A DNA stretch of 63,964 nucleotides, filler included, from Craspedostauros australis (taxonomy: Eukaryota), in the NCBI GenBank assembly GCA_030167865.1. It is 22 parts of 22 records of this genome, joined end to end, with 100 filler letters (N's around TTAATTAATTAA, not from the genome) between each part and the next. Parts side by side here need not be neighbours in the genome. Positions count along the whole stretch, not along the records: positions 46,509 to 55,011 come from JALAGF010001976.1; positions 55,112 to 56,149 come from JALAGF010001978.1; positions 56,250 to 57,555 come from JALAGF010001979.1; positions 57,656 to 58,720 come from JALAGF010001981.1; positions 58,821 to 60,088 come from JALAGF010001982.1; 17 more parts are not named here. One strand, given 5' to 3'. Shown one piece after another: positions 47,378 through 60,188 of this stretch. Within the stretch, counting starts at the first letter, position 1. Each line of letters begins with the position of its first letter. Under the pieces are notes generated by a model. It searched no databases. It was not told the origin of the DNA and worked only from the letters and a program-made list of their open reading frames with translations. The translations under genes were made by a program, and so were the position numbers.

Positions 47378-49348
47378 ATGTCTGAGCTGTTCTCGAAGTC
47401 ATCGCGCAAGCGGCAGAAACGAAGGCTCGAACGAGCGTCGGAAGCAACAAGCAGAGATGAGGATGACGACATTGTGTCTGCACCAAAGCTATCCTCAACA
47501 AACCGAAGGAAGAAGGCCAAGGACAACTCCTCGTCATCGTCATCGTCACCCGCGTCTGTATTCACATCTACGCGTACATCTACGTCGACGTCAACGTCAC
47601 TGAAAGGCAACAAATGGGAAGCGAATGGTGACGAGACTTCCACCATCCACGATGATGATGTGTCTTCTGGTGTTCACGTTCACGTTCACACCAACGCCGA
47701 CCTGCCTTCATGGTCCACCTTCGATGATCTCGGTCTTGATGAGATGTTGGTGAAGACATGCCGTTCGTTGGGGTTCCAACGACCCACTCCAGTGCAGCAG
47801 GCGATCGTTCCCTTTCTCATCTCTCAAACGGCGGCGCACGTCTTGGCCTTGGCTGCGACAGGCAGCGGCAAAACGGCCGCCTTCTGCTTGCCCATCCTGC
47901 ATCATCTGGCCAAGGATCCGTACGGAATCTACGCCGCCATCATCAGCCCGACCCGGGAGCTGGCCAAGCAGATCCATCAGCAGGTGCTGGCCCTCGGCAG
48001 CGCGTTTCAGGTTCGGTCGGCGTTGGTGGTTGGCGGACTGGATCCCGTCCAGCAGGCCTGCGAGCTGGACAAGAAGCCGCACTTCATTGTCGCGACTCCA
48101 GGACGTCTGGCCGAGCTGCTGCGTGGTCCAAGTCCGCCGAGGTTGAAGCACATTCGGTTTCTCGTGCTGGACGAGGCCGACCGTTTGCTGACGCCTAACT
48201 CTGGATTCGAGCGGGATGTGGCAGAGCTCGTGCTGCATTGCAACCGCAAGAAGCGAACCGTGTGTCAAACCTTGCTGTTCAGTGCCACCATGACGGGCAG
48301 TCTGGAAATGCTGGAATCCATCGCGGGCACAGGCCAAGGTCGATTGCCGTTGCACAAGTTCCTGGTCACGGATTCGGATCCGGATCCATCGGCCTTGCAG
48401 GGAAAGGGGATGGAGGCAGGTCAACTGCAGAATAGCAGTGACGGTGGTAGCGAGACAGACAGCAAGACCAACAAGGACAACAACGACAAGACCGCGATGG
48501 AGGCAGCGACGACTCCCAGGATCCCAGCTGGACTCAAACAGGAGTACCTGTTCATGCCATCACGTGTCCGCGATGCGTACCTTCTTGCCACGATCCGTGC
48601 ATTGATGTCTCACGGTGGACGTGCCAAGGCATCGAATGGAAAGAATGCGTGGTCTGGCAAACGATCGAGAACCAGCAATAATCGTGGCAATGACAACGAC
48701 GACAACGGCGATAGCGATGGCGATGGTGATCAAGGACCAAGCAAATCAAGGTCTGCGATCATCTTCGTGTCCACGTGCGAGCGAGCTGCGTTGGTATCGG
48801 GCATACTGTCTCAAGTTGGGGTGGAGAATGTGGCGTTGCATTCTCTTCTGTCGCAGAACCGCAGGTTGGCAGCGCTGGGGAAGTTCAAATCCCAGCAAGC
48901 CCGAGTGCTCGTCGCGACGGACGTGGCATCTCGTGGACTGGACATCCCGTGCGTTGATCTTGTCATCAATTCCGAGCTCCCAAGGAACACTGTCTCTTAC
49001 GTGCACCGTGTCGGACGCACAGCCCGAGCCGGTCGGCGCGGCAGGGCCATCAGCTTGGTTGCGGAGACGGACGTCAACCTCGTGCATGCCGCAGAGCGTA
49101 TCACGGGTCGTCCGTTGGAGAAGTGCACGGAGATCCCTGACGACGCTGCCATCAAGATGCTCGGACCTGTCACGAAGGCTGCACGATTGGCAAAGATGCA
49201 CCTGATGGATATTGGATTTGATGATCTCGCGAAGAAGTTCAAGGAACGCAAGGTCCGAGATCGCAAGGAGCGGCAGCGAATCGAAAAGGCCTTGCGCAGA
49301 TCCGCCAAGAGGAATAGCAAGAGCATGAACAAGAGTGATGGCGCCTGA
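47378..49348 (+). CDS. DDX49: DEAD-box RNA helicase DDX49/Dbp8
   Basis: PTPVQ, AATGSGKTAAF, DPYGI subfamily signature, PTRELA, DEAD, SAT, SRGLD, HRVGRTAR. Confidence 0.9.
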   Translation: MSELFSKSSRKRQKRRLERASEATSRDEDDDIVSAPKLSSTNRRKKAKDNSSSSSSSPASVFTSTRTSTSTSTSLKGNKWEANGDETSTIHDDDVSSGVHVHVHTNADLPSWSTFDDLGLDEMLVKTCRSLGFQRPTPVQQAIVPFLISQTAAHVLALAATGSGKTAAFCLPILHHLAKDPYGIYAAIISPTRELAKQIHQQVLALGSAFQVRSALVVGGLDPVQQACELDKKPHFIVATPGRLAELLRGPSPPRLKHIRFLVLDEADRLLTPNSGFERDVAELVLHCNRKKRTVCQTLLFSATMTGSLEMLESIAGTGQGRLPLHKFLVTDSDPDPSALQGKGMEAGQLQNSSDGGSETDSKTNKDNNDKTAMEAATTPRIPAGLKQEYLFMPSRVRDAYLLATIRALMSHGGRAKASNGKNAWSGKRSRTSNNRGNDNDDNGDSDGDGDQGPSKSRSAIIFVSTCERAALVSGILSQVGVENVALHSLLSQNRRLAALGKFKSQQARVLVATDVASRGLDIPCVDLVINSELPRNTVSYVHRVGRTARAGRRGRAISLVAETDVNLVHAAERITGRPLEKCTEIPDDAAIKMLGPVTKAARLAKMHLMDIGFDDLAKKFKERKVRDRKERQRIEKALRRSAKRNSKSMNKSDGA

Positions 49349-49908
49349 GGCACCCACTCGTTTCCGTGCCATCAGAAACTGGATGAAGAGGTTTGTGTCG
49401 AAGTACCATGGAGTGCCGTATCATCATCCACACTCGAGTACGTGTACTCTACTTGTGGTCACCGTCGGAGTGTTTCACCCTGATGTCAAAAATGTGACAA
49501 ACTTGAGACACGCAAGTGGAGTACTCAATAGGTCGTGCATAGGGAGTACTCTGGAGAGTCGCGCAATACTTGGCAATGTATTACATCACATTATATATTA
49601 TGATAGAATTATGTTACTATATAATACGCTTGAGAAACGATGACTGAGAGATCCCATCACTCTCTTTGGGGCATAGAGCAGAGCAATCCATGCTGTGACG
49701 AATCTTGCTGCGCGCACGTCCTTGTAGTTGCCACTCCGTTTGAACATCCTGGATTTGCGGATGACACCCCGGCAACGCTCCCAATGATACTACCATACGC
49801 AGCATGAGCCGAGCAGCCGGTTATGCGGTGGCCGATTGTGCTTCCGCAGTTGCTGCATCACTCATCATGCTCGACTTGCGCTCCTATGAGCTAACAGTGT
49901 TGCTGTAT

Positions 49909-52900
49909 TCACTCCACAGCAACCGACTTGCGCTTGCGAGAGTCTCTTGCGCTACCTCTCCCAACGGCTTCCGCGGCAGCCGAACCGCCACTGCTCAGCT
50001 TCTTCTCCTCGTCAGCGATGAACTTCAACGCGGCTGGTTTGTTCGTGGACTCCACTCTGCTCTCACGGTTGCGGAAAGCGATGCGGTAAAAGTTGTCTGA
50101 CACGGCGACGAGCTCGGGACGGAACGTGCTCATGATGAACTGGGCTGGATTGTCCTCGTCCACGCTCTGACGGTGGATGAGGTTGGCGACGGCCTGTCGG
50201 TACGTGGAATCCAATGCCTGATCAAGCTCGTCGAAGATGTAGAAAGGGGCAGGATCGCATCGCTGGATGGCAAAGATGAGAGCCAATGCCACCAACGCCT
50301 TCTGCCCGCCGCTCAATTGTGACATCATGAAGTTCTCTCCCGAGTCGCTGAACCACACCTTGATGCCGATGCCTCTGTACGAGTCTGCAGGGATATTTCG
50401 AGAGCCTGCTGGTGGTTTTGCGACGGCACCCTCGTCAGACACATCAGACTGGGCTTCCTTGTCGGTCTCATCCTCATCCTCATCGTTGTCGTCATCGTCG
50501 TTGTCGTCGTCGTCGTCATCCATAGCGGCAGCCTTGATGATGAGCTTGCCACCACCCAACGGCACGAGTTCCTTGAAGACCTGTCTGAAGTTCTTGCTCA
50601 CCTTGCGGAAGATACGGTTGATCGCCGCATCCTTCTTGTCGTCAAGGCTGCTGATCAGCTCCTCCACCTTCGTGGCACCTTCATCCAGCTCGCGCTTGCG
50701 TCTCAGCAGCTCGCTGCGCTTATCATTGAAGTTGACGTACTGGTCGAATGCCTTCTTGTTGACGTGTGAGTACTTCTTGAGGTTCTTGTTGACACCTTCG
50801 ATGGCCTTGGTGAGGTTGGGAATGGACTGCTTCTTGTGCTCCTTCAGCTCGCTGGTTGGTGGCAGAGACCCCAGCTCCTGGATCTTGCGCACGTACGTGT
50901 CACGCTTGGAGACGTTCATGGATTTCTGCGCAGAGCGATACACCGGAATGCAATCAAGTAGGGTAGAACAGAGTAGAGTAGAGTAGCGCAGAGTAGAGCA
51001 GATTGGAATGTGACAGATCGGCAAGAAAAGGAACAGAACGGAACGAAGATGGTGAGGGAAGGAAATGCACAGGTGAATGCTCCAGCATGCCTGATGGCCG
51101 TGATGGCAGGCGCAATGTGATCACTCCCATTCAACCTCAAAGAACAATCTCACGCACATGCACAAGCACATGCACACATGCATATCCAAATCACACACCT
51201 TGTTCAGCAGATCCTCGGCTTCCGTCGACTTCTCCTCGATTCTCTTCGCCACATCCATCTCCGCGGTCTTCAGATCCTCCACCGTCTGGTGAGTTGCATC
51301 AAGATTGGCCTGGATATCTCTGCCCGTTTGACGGATCTGCTTCATTTGGCTCTCCAACTCATCCGCGTGCTTCACCGCATCGTCGTACCGTCCCTCTCGA
51401 AGCTGCAGATCAAATTCCAGCTGCTCTTGCGCTGCGTCGGATGCGATGCGTTCGATGCGGTCGCCTGGGCCGTTTCCGGACTCCACACGCGTTTCTGTGA
51501 GCTCGCGACGTGCTTTCAGCAGGTTGTCCTGCAGCAAACTGCTGAGCTGCTGGCGTCGGGCTGTGATGTCATCCACGACGCCGCTCTGACTTTCCGCAGC
51601 CTTTGTCTTGGCCGCGAATTCCTGCTTCAGACGTTGCAGGGTGGTACGTTCCTCATCCGACAGTGCACGGACCAGCTCCGTGCCAATCTCCTTGCGCAGA
51701 CGTTCCAAGTCACCCTCAAACGATGCCATGTCACGTTCCAGCGGAGGAATGATCTCCGTTTCCAGCCGCTCCGCCTCCCGCTCGTTCTCATTCATCTGGC
51801 TTTGGGCACGATCCAACAAGGACTGCATGGATGCCAGTTCTCGTTCTAGCTTCAGCTGCTCACGTTCGACCTGAGACACCTCTGCCGCCGTCCTCGCCAC
51901 GTCGTGGTCCACCTTCTCGCTGTCCTGCTTCAAGCTGTGGAAGCGTCGCAACAACCCATCATGCGCGTTGCGTTCCTGACGCAGACGATCGTGAGCACGC
52001 AACCGGCTCTTGTTCGCATCGACGTATCCGCCCGTCAACGCACCCTTGCGACTGCACAGATCACCCTCGATCGTGATGGCATCCATGCGGTACCGTGATG
52101 ACCATTCGGATGCAACCTCGGAAGTCCGTGCCAGGAGCTTCTTGTCAAACACGTGCCGCATGGCCCGCTCCACTCGGTTGTCGAAGGTGATGCAGGCGTG
52201 CAGGATGCGGCAGTTCTCTTCAGGCGGGTACTGCGTCGTGCCGCGCGTGTCCGTGTGGAGACGGTTGAGAGGAAGGAAGGTGACGCGACCCAGCTTGTGC
52301 TCCTCGAGGCGTCTCATCAACCGAGCGGCGGTCTCGTCCGTATCCACGATGACGTGGAACAGCGCATTCTGCGCGGCCACCTCTACCGCCGTGCGGTACT
52401 CGTCGTCCTTCAGCTCGAAGTTGTCCATGAGCATGCCGAAGTACTGCACGCCGACAGTCAGCCCTTCGCGTCGCACCAGCTGATCGAGGTTGCTGATGCC
52501 CATCGCGGTGTTGCGGGGCATCGTCTTCCAGAAATCGCCGCGTGCGCTGTTGAGCTGTTCCTTGGCGTCGCTCATCTGCTCCTTCACGTTCTCCAAATCA
52601 TGCCACAGCGTCTTGCGTCGTTCGAAGAGCCCGCCATGCTCTTTCTTCTTGTCGTTGAGTTGCTTCCCCAGCGAGTGCAGCTGATCCTGCCTGTCCTTGA
52701 TCTGAGCCTGGCGCATCTGGACTTGTGCAGGCTGTGACTGGATAGCACGACGGACGTTGGCCAACGCCGTCCGTTGTTCATCCACCATCTGTGCGGTGTT
52801 GGCCTTGAGACCTTCGATCTCCGACATCTGCTGTCGCAGGACAGCATCGCGTTCCTCGATGGTGGAATACTGCTTCACGCGACCTTGCTTGGCGTACATC

Positions 52901-54284
52901 GCATCCATCTGATGCTGCACTTGCTCGATCTCACGCAACAAACCGTCCAGCTTGCTGCGCTCGTCGCGGAACCTTGGCAGCAGCTCCTCCTGATCGGCTT
53001 CCGCTTTTGCGATCTGACCGTTCAGCTCCTTGAGCTGGGCCTTGGACTTGACCAGCTCCTCCGCCCCGACCTTGGCGCGCTCCCTGTACTCCTCCATGTC
53101 CCATTTGCACTGTTCACGATGCTTCACTGCATCCTTCTTGTCCTGCTCCAGGCGCCCAAGCTGCAACCGATTGCGGCGGAGGTGCTGCGCCTGCGTCCGC
53201 AGCGTGCTCTCGGCATCCTGGATTTGGTCCTGCGTGCGGCGATGGTCCTCGTGCATAGCCTGGTACTGCCCGGCATGTTCCTCCCGCTGCGTCTCCAACT
53301 GCAGCAACGCGTGCCGGGCCTTGCGCAGCTCCTTCTCGTACAGGGTGTACTCCAGCGACTTGCGTTGGCGATCAAGCTGCTGGTAGGTCCGGAGTTCCTC
53401 CGTCTCTCCTTGAAGCTCCTGAAGGCGCTTGTCGATATCGGACAGGATCTCATCCATCTTCTCGATAGATTGCTCGTTCTCCTTCATCTTGATTTGCGAT
53501 TCCTTCTTCTTCTCGTCGTACACCGTGGTTCCCGCCACCTGCTGGAGGAGATTGAGTCGTTCCGCATCGGTCATCGTGCAGAGGTCCTGGATCTTACCTT
53601 GCTCCACCATGAAGTAGGGGTTGGACTTGGAGAAGCCGGCTCCCTCCAGCAGGCTGGCGATCTCTTGCTTCGTGGCGCGCTTGCGTTGCAGGAAGAATTC
53701 ATCCTTCTTGCTTCCGATGGTGCGTCGCAGCACGACTTCATCGGAATGCTCCAACGCAAATCGGTTGTCGGAGTTGTCAAAGACGATCTCCACGAAGGCG
53801 TTGACGGCTGCCGATCCGGTTCCTTCGTGCAGCAGCGCTCTGCGTTCTCTCTGTGATTGTCCGTCCAAGGCATCAAAATGTGGCAGAGTAGTGCAATGTA
53901 CGGGTGTTGTATGGTGTATGGTGCATGTGTTAGAGGCGTGCGGGAGTGTACAGCGAGTGGAACCACAGATGCGGGCGTTTTATATCCCGTTCCATCTTCG
54001 TGGCACCATCGCGGTCCAATCCATGCAATGCAGCAAAAGCAACGAAGGAACGAAGCACTATGCTTTCTCTAGAGACAGAGAGAGGGATAGAGAGAGGGAC
54101 TTACAGCACCCAAGGTGTAGAATCGCGGACTGAGCAAAACGAACTGGACTGCGGCGAAGAGGTTCGATTTGCCATGGCCATTGGATCCGATCACGATGTT
54201 GGTCGTTGGAGAGAAAGGTTCCTGCAGCTCCAGTTGTCGCTTGAACGACCGGAAGTTCGATATCGTGATCTGCTTGATGTGCAT
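49909..54284 (-). CDS. SMC3: Cohesin subunit SMC3; exons 54284-54105, 53850-51199, 50925-49909 (~1282 aa)
   Basis: MHIKQITISNF, Walker A GSNGHGKSN, ALLHEG, GSKKD acetylation site, GFSKSNPY, hinge GRVTFLPLN/GALTGG, LSGGQ, FDELDQALD. GT-AG introns keep the frame. Confidence 0.96.
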
Positions 54285-55111
54285 GGTTGTTCCTGGTGAT
54301 AGTGATGATGATGATGGTGATGGCACCAGAGATGGCGATCGATTTATAATATTTCCTCCTTGGTGTTGTGTTGGTGTTGCTTCTTGGTGTTGCTTCTTGG
54401 TTGGCTTGGTATTTGTGTTGTTGTTGGGCTGTTGTGGTCGTTCCTGTTGTTTTTGGCGGATCCCAAAAAGTTGTTGATCCACGCAACATGGAACGAAGTT
54501 CGCTGAAATTGGCGCGAAGACATCTGCAGTAGTCAAGCTGATCGAGAACAAACTCGATTTATTCACACTGGTCGTAGACGCCTACACCCGATAATGCGCT
54601 CACAGCAGTGTGCAACAGCATGATACTGCATCGAGACTAACCAACTCTGTTGCTCTGTGGGATGAGGAAAGGATGATAGCTCGATCATTTTGCAATAGCG
54701 AGTCTAATCCAACGCTCCTATGACGGCACGCTGTATCATCGAAGTATTCGATCGACATATCGAAGTACCCATTTCAACATCGTTTCTGGCACATGTCTGC
54801 ATGTCCTTTGGGTAGGCTCAAGAGAACGAACCCTCCAAAAGGTGGAGAAGACGAGACTTCGTGAGATGGAAATCACAGCAGCCATGGCAAAGTCAGCAAC
54901 CAGTTCGGCGAGATACGACTACCAGTCAGAAGCACCGATAGTATGGCCAGAGGTGATGGAAGGGGCCCTCTTGCGAGTGCCAGTACATCATCATCTGCAG
55001 TTCTGCGCCCGNNNNNNNNNNNNNNNNNNNNNNNNNNNNNNNNNNNNNNNNNNNNTTAATTAATTAANNNNNNNNNNNNNNNNNNNNNNNNNNNNNNNNN
55101 NNNNNNNNNNN

Positions 55112-56149
55112 ATCGGCTTCAAGGCCTGCGACCAAGAGCAGTGCTTGTTCATCAAGCAAGACATCATGATCGTCCTCTACGTTGACGATGCGGGCATCGC
55201 CTCCAAGACTAAGCAAGCCGCCGACGACTTTATCAAGTCAATGCGTGACCTCGGCTTCGAGCTCACCCAAGAAGGAAGCTTCAACGAGTTCCTGGGAATC
55301 GAGCTCAGCCGTGACCCAAAAGCAGACACGGTCCATCTCCGCCAGCCAGGNTTGATCAANAAGATCCTCNCNACNACGAANATGNCNANCTGCAGTCCGT
55401 GCCCCGTACCAACTACNCAGCTNGCACTTGGACAGTGCAAGGATGAGCCACCCATGAACGAACCATGGAACTACCGCTCCGTCGTCGGCATGTTGTTGTA
55501 TCTCACGACCAATACTCGCCCAGACCTAGCGTTCGCAGTCTCCCAAGTCGCTCGCTTCGGAAGCGACCCTCGCCGCTCACACGCCAAGGCCATCAAGCGC
55601 ATCATGCGCTACCTCAAGCACACTGAGGATAAGGGCACCATCGTGCGTCCCACCGGGCAGCTCGATCTCAAATGCTACGTGGATGCAGATTTCGCAGGGC
55701 TCTACGGACGAGAAGACAGCAAGGACCCCGTCTCCGTCAAGTCGCGCACCGGCTACCTAATCACATTGGGAGGGTGTCCCCTCATTTGGAAGTCCAAACT
55801 CCAAACTGAGATTGCTCTATCTACGATGGAGTCCGAGTACGCCGCTCTCTCTCTCGCAATGCGCACGCTGATTCCCATCCAACAGCTCATCCGCCAAGTC
55901 ATCAACAACGCAGGGACCACCATGCCGCTGCATACCAACCTCCAGTGCACGGTTTTTGAGGACAACCAAGCTTGCATTTCCCTCGCCACCAATCATCAAC
56001 CAACCGCGCGCACCAAACACTTTCTGACTAAGTGGCACTTCTTTTGGTACTGGGTCAAGGCAGGATTCATCTACATCCAGCACATTGCAACACCGGAGCA
56101 ACTGGCCGACATCTTCACCAAAGGATTGTCTATCGCAGTCTTCGAATAC
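55112..56149 (+). mobile_element. Ty1/copia pol fragment (RT C-terminus + RNase H)
   Basis: LYVDD, YRSVVGMLLYL..TRPD, YVDADFAG, SRTGY, ALSTMESEY, FEDNQAC, QLADIFTK. Open frame. Confidence 0.97.
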
Positions 56150-56249
56150 NNNNNNNNNNNNNNNNNNNNNNNNNNNNNNNNNNNNNNNNNNNNTTAATTA
56201 ATTAANNNNNNNNNNNNNNNNNNNNNNNNNNNNNNNNNNNNNNNNNNNN

Positions 56250-57555
56250 GGCACCCTCTTCCAACTTCCAAGGTGTCCAAGCCATGGAGCTTCCAGCTGA
56301 CTACGTCAAGGAGTTCAGCAAGGCAACCAAGCGGGAGAGTCTGTCACTTCCGACATTGAAGGACGACAAGCACTTCCTCACCTTCATGCGGACCTTCGAG
56401 ACTCTTTCCTTCTCTCATGGACTCAACCACCATCTCGANNNNNNNNNNNNNNNNNNNNNNNNNNNNNNNNNNNNNNNNNNNNNNNNNNNNNNNNNNNNNN
56501 NNNNNNNNNNNNNNNNNNNNNCGTGCTCACTGAGCATGTCAAGACTTCCAAGAGTCGGCGCATCATCCGCGCCTACAAGAAGTCTTGCGATGGCCGTGCG
56601 GCCTACGCCGATCTCGTCGATAGCTACACCAGTGGCGTCGTCGGCGAGACTCTGTCCATCAAGTACAGAGATGCCATCGTCGCCTTCCGATTGGACCAAT
56701 CCTGGACCAAGACCCGCGAGCAATTCCTTGATGCTTGGGAAACCAAGCTCGACGACATCGAAGAGCTCGATGATGCATGCGTTGACGAGGCAGTCAAGCA
56801 GCAATGGTTGCGCACCGCCATCGGTCCCGATGTCGACTTGACTCGGGCCTACACCAACGTCAAGTCCAACTCCCGCCAACGTCACAAGCAATCTCGCGGC
56901 TTCATCAAGGTCGGTGTCTCCTTCGAAGACCTCCTCGAGTTCGTTCGCGATGAGACGCAGTCCCTTGATGCCAACCAGCCTCGCACCACATCTTGGCGCA
57001 AGGTCAACAACGCCAAGACCGGCGGCTCTGCTGGCAAGGGCAATGGCAAGGACTACGCCAAGGACGACCGCCGTTCCATTCCCAACGACGAATGGCGTGA
57101 GATGTCCAAGGAGCAGCGCAAGGCTTTCCTTGAGGCAAAGGGCAAGTGGCGCAAGAACAAGGGCAAGGGCAAGGCTGACTCCCACCGAGCTGCCAACAAC
57201 GCTGCCACATCTTNNNNNNNNNNNNNNNNNNNNNNNNNNNNNNNNNNNNNNNNNNNNNNNNNNNNNNNNNNNNNNNNNNNNNNNNNNNNNNNNNNNNNNN
57301 NNNNNNNNNNNNNNNNNNNNNNNNNNNNNNNNNNNNNNNNNNNNNNNNNNNNNNNNNNNNNNNNNNNNNNNNNNNNNNNNNNNNNNTCCACGGTGGTCCG
57401 GTACAGCTTCAACAAGCTTGTCAAGGACCACTCTGGCTCTCTCGTCGACAGCGGTGCCAATGGTGGCCTGACTGGCGATGACGTCCTCGTTCTCTGCAAG
57501 ACAGGACACACCGCCGACGTCAGTGGCATTGGTGACTCTGCCATCGCCAACCTCG
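56250..57555 (+). mobile_element. Ty1/copia (diatom CoDi-type) gag-protease fragment
   Basis: PTLKDDKHF, DGRAAY, IPNDEWREMS and protease motif LVDSGANGGLTGDDV. Gapped. Confidence 0.85.
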
Positions 57556-57655
57556 NNNNNNNNNNNNNNNNNNNNNNNNNNNNNNNNNNNNNNNNNNNNT
57601 TAATTAATTAANNNNNNNNNNNNNNNNNNNNNNNNNNNNNNNNNNNNNNNNNNNN

Positions 57656-57897
57656 GCCTACGGATATGCACGACGATGTGCATGACAAAGGATGCCTGCG
57701 GATGCGATCTCATGTATGCAAGCGATGATTCATGATGATAAGATGCATGAATGCAACAGTATGACATGGTGCTGCTGCAGGAGATGCTACAGGAGAAACG
57801 AAAGGCAAAGGATCTGAAGAGAATGAGCTCACAGTTCTGAATAGTACGATCTAACAACCAATTAGTTCTTACTAACACTAACCCCGGATTTCCAACA
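57656..57897 (+). mobile_element. 3' part of a family A 5' LTR
   Basis: GAGCTCACAGTTC...CCCCGGATTTCCAACA, ~80 bp upstream of gag. Confidence 0.85.
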
Positions 57898-57976
57898 CGT
57901 TTCGAAACGTTANGANTGAAATCCTACGTTTCCATCATCACCAACACAGCAACAAACGACTCTCACCATCATCACC

Positions 57977-58720
57977 ATGACGTCCTTCCTCGGTAAGACC
58001 GATTGTTACATGATCATGTTCGACGGCAAGCAATCCTCCTGGAAAGCTTGGAGTGCGAAGTTCCTCGCCCGCGCCAACCTCAAGGGTTACGGAGACTTGT
58101 ATCTCAAGGACTTGGGTGAAGTGATTGTGAAGACCAAGGCTTTTGACCCCTCTCCTCTCGCCTCCATCGTGGGAGGCGAAGAGAAGAAGCTGAAGGCCTC
58201 GAAATTATCTGCCATGTCTCCCGAGGAGAAGGCGGAGTACAAGAAGGCTCTGGCCAAGTACGCGTTTGAAGAACTGACCATGGCAATCAACCATGAAACC
58301 ACCGAAGGCGATGTCGCCTTCATGGCTGTGTTGGGATGCGAGAGCAACATCTACGAGGGAGGAGACCCTCGTAAGGCGTGGAAAGCTCTCGAGCGCATCT
58401 ACGAGCAACGCACTGCGCCAATGAAGGCAAAGTTGTTGGCTCAACTCAACGGGATGCGATTGAAGAAAGGCGAACANCCGNATACCTTCCTCACCNAAAT
58501 GGAGGTGNTCCGTAACCGCCTCAAGCACGCGGGAGTTAACATGGACATGGAGCAGTACCACATGCTCGTGCTCAACGCTCTCGGAAGGGACTACAAAATG
58601 GATGTGAAGCTCATCGAGCTCAAGTTCGAGAACATTGAAAAGCAGATGACTATCGAAGACATCCGCGAAGCAGTGAGTGCAACCTACGACGCACGTCACA
58701 TCAAGCAAGGAGGTAGTAAG
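57977..58720 (+). CDS. Ty1/copia gag, 3'-partial
   Basis: FDGKQSSWKAWSAKFLARA..KGY, GDPRKAWKALERIYE, UBN2-like LKKGE.P..F...E..RNRL..G. Confidence 0.88.
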
Positions 58721-58820
58721 NNNNNNNNNNNNNNNNNNNNNNNNNNNNNNNNNNNNNNNNNNNNTTAATTAATTAANNNNNNNNNNNNNNNNNNNNNNNN
58801 NNNNNNNNNNNNNNNNNNNN

Positions 58821-60088
58821 GTCAAGGTCGGTTCCAACTGCTACGTGCAGCACGTTTCTGTGCTGGTGGAGGGTGCCCAAGCACCGCCCAACACCGTTAT
58901 CCGAGGAAATCCTGGATATGTCGAAAGCACGGCAGCGTCACGTAGCCGCAACAGCATTATCATTGACGGCAGCGACGACGGTGACAATGGCAGCGACAAT
59001 GACATCGACGATCCGCAACAAGCAGATGCGAGCACAACTGCAGACATTGCCGGAAGCGTAACGCCGAACGACAACGATACCAGATGGATCATCCTGGGTA
59101 GCATGAAGATAGCATGGCTGCTCGTCGAGCTGTACATGACCTTCTGCTGCTTCCTCATTTCCGATATCTTGGTCCGCGATGACCTCCGAGACTGGAGATA
59201 CTCCAAACTGCAATATTGGGTTGTATCCATCGGTCTGTCATCAGTCCTGCTAGTGATATCCAGCATCATACTCAAGTGGGTCATGATCGGCAAGAAGAGA
59301 CCGGGCCAAGCAAGGACCGGTATCTGGAGTAAATTCGCAGACTGGGCATGCGATTATCACTTCGACCGAGCATGTTTGATGCTCGATGGACTGACCACCA
59401 ATTCGATCATTTGGAACCTGGTCCACATAGCTCATGGAATGGACATCGATCTGCGATCAAAGATCTTCAGCGACAGCTTCCATCCATCCGACGTCGACCT
59501 CGTCACCGTCCGGCGATCATTCATATCCATCGTCACCTTCCACATCGAGGAAAACGACGAATACAGGAGAGTAGCAATCGAGGACAGCAGCATCGGGATG
59601 CTGACGACCTGCGCGCCAGGGGTGACAGTCCGCAACGCTTTGGTCTCGCCGCAGACACACATCACGGAGAGCGTCATCCATCCAAAGCCCGATCCGCGCA
59701 ACAAGCGCCAATCAACTTTGAAACTGACCGGGATTTTGGTGGCGAGCACACTGCTGTACGTTGTCACGCTGCTCGTTGCGGCAATCAGCTTCATCCCAGC
59801 CTTTGAGCTATGGATGAATGTGGTCAAGCCACAGACATCATTCGAGGCAGTCCCATTGGTAGTGTTATCGGTCATCATCCAGACCATCGTGTGGACCATG
59901 CTCTTGCGTGTGCACTCTTTGATCACATTCGCGGGAAGCAATGAGCGAACGACGCCATGGTGCTTGCCGCTGTACATGGTCTACCAATCGTTTACTTACT
60001 CGGTCCATATTTGGTCGCTGTATCCCATGCTCTGGGGAACACCGATGATCAACAGCGTTCTCCGCTTTCGTGGGGTCACCTTGGAAGG
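58821..60088 (+). CDS. NRPS terminal domain-like protein (Pls-type: left-handed beta-helix segments alternating with TM pairs), partial at both ends
   Basis: VKVGSNCYVQHVSVL..NTVIRGNP, TM pair ending LKWVMIGKKRPG, GMDI..DVDLVTV..IEDSSIG..PGVTV, second TM pair, LWGTPMINSVLRFRGV. Confidence 0.7.
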
Positions 60089-60188
60089 NNNNNNNNNNNN
60101 NNNNNNNNNNNNNNNNNNNNNNNNNNNNNNNNTTAATTAATTAANNNNNNNNNNNNNNNNNNNNNNNNNNNNNNNNNNNNNNNNNNNN

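Noticed and set aside
55112..58720. A single retroelement with odd domain order (RT, gag-PR, LTR, gag)
   Set aside because: Three separate contigs, and the two gag proteins are dissimilar types.
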